NCBI GenBank assembly: GCA_013265495.1
Contig: MU062935.1
Location: 2,294,001 to 2,358,000, forward strand
Length of the DNA stretch: 64,000 bases
Direction: 5' to 3'
From: Vicugna vicugna
Lineage: Eukaryota
The notes under the pieces are model-generated. The model saw only the letters and a program-made list of their open reading frames with translations, searched no databases and was not told where the DNA came from. Both the position numbers and the translations under genes were made by a program. Numbering within the stretch: position 1 is the stretch's first letter; every line of letters starts with the position of its first letter. This document shows positions 63,901-64,000 of this stretch, in pieces.

Positions 63901-64000
63901 TAGTTATTGGTGTCATCTTAATGCACCTTCCTCCTTTCCTTGGGATGAGTCCCCTACTGGAATCCTAGACATGTCAGATGTCCCTACCTGGCAGTCTACC

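Noticed and set aside
62442-64000. Expected neighbouring DNASE1L3 3' exon
   Set aside because: No matching coding sequence seen on the minus strand; this region is MLT1 LTRs and a gap, so the gene probably lies beyond the window.

Overview
Mammalian genomic DNA, most likely from a camelid, since it carries three Vic-1-type tRNA-derived SINEs. Positions 440-54145 (+) hold the 3' two-thirds of FLNB (filamin B): exons 14-46 by recalled human NM_001457 numbering, all with GT-AG boundaries and the expected lengths. Exon 17 is not visible and most likely lies in the N-gap at 2368-2499. About 5.5 kb past the FLNB poly(A) site is an intact two-exon ORF (59729-60233 + 62323-62441, 207 aa) clearly homologous to SPMIP1/ATP6V1FNB, a sperm/ciliary microtubule inner protein. 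It has an RFX X-box-like and CCAAT promoter and mirrors the FLNC-ATP6V1F-SPMIP1 arrangement; this is the best candidate for a little-described gene. Other highlights are a decayed copy of the human FLNB 93-nt cassette exon, a candidate in-frame 15-nt microexon, the exon 41 Q/R A-to-I editing site with an intronic complementary helix, and QKI/RBFOX motifs on the hinge-1 exon. The introns contain many old repeats (MIR, L2, L1M, MER, MLT1), whose boundaries are approximate. Homology and numbering statements come from recall, not from a database search.
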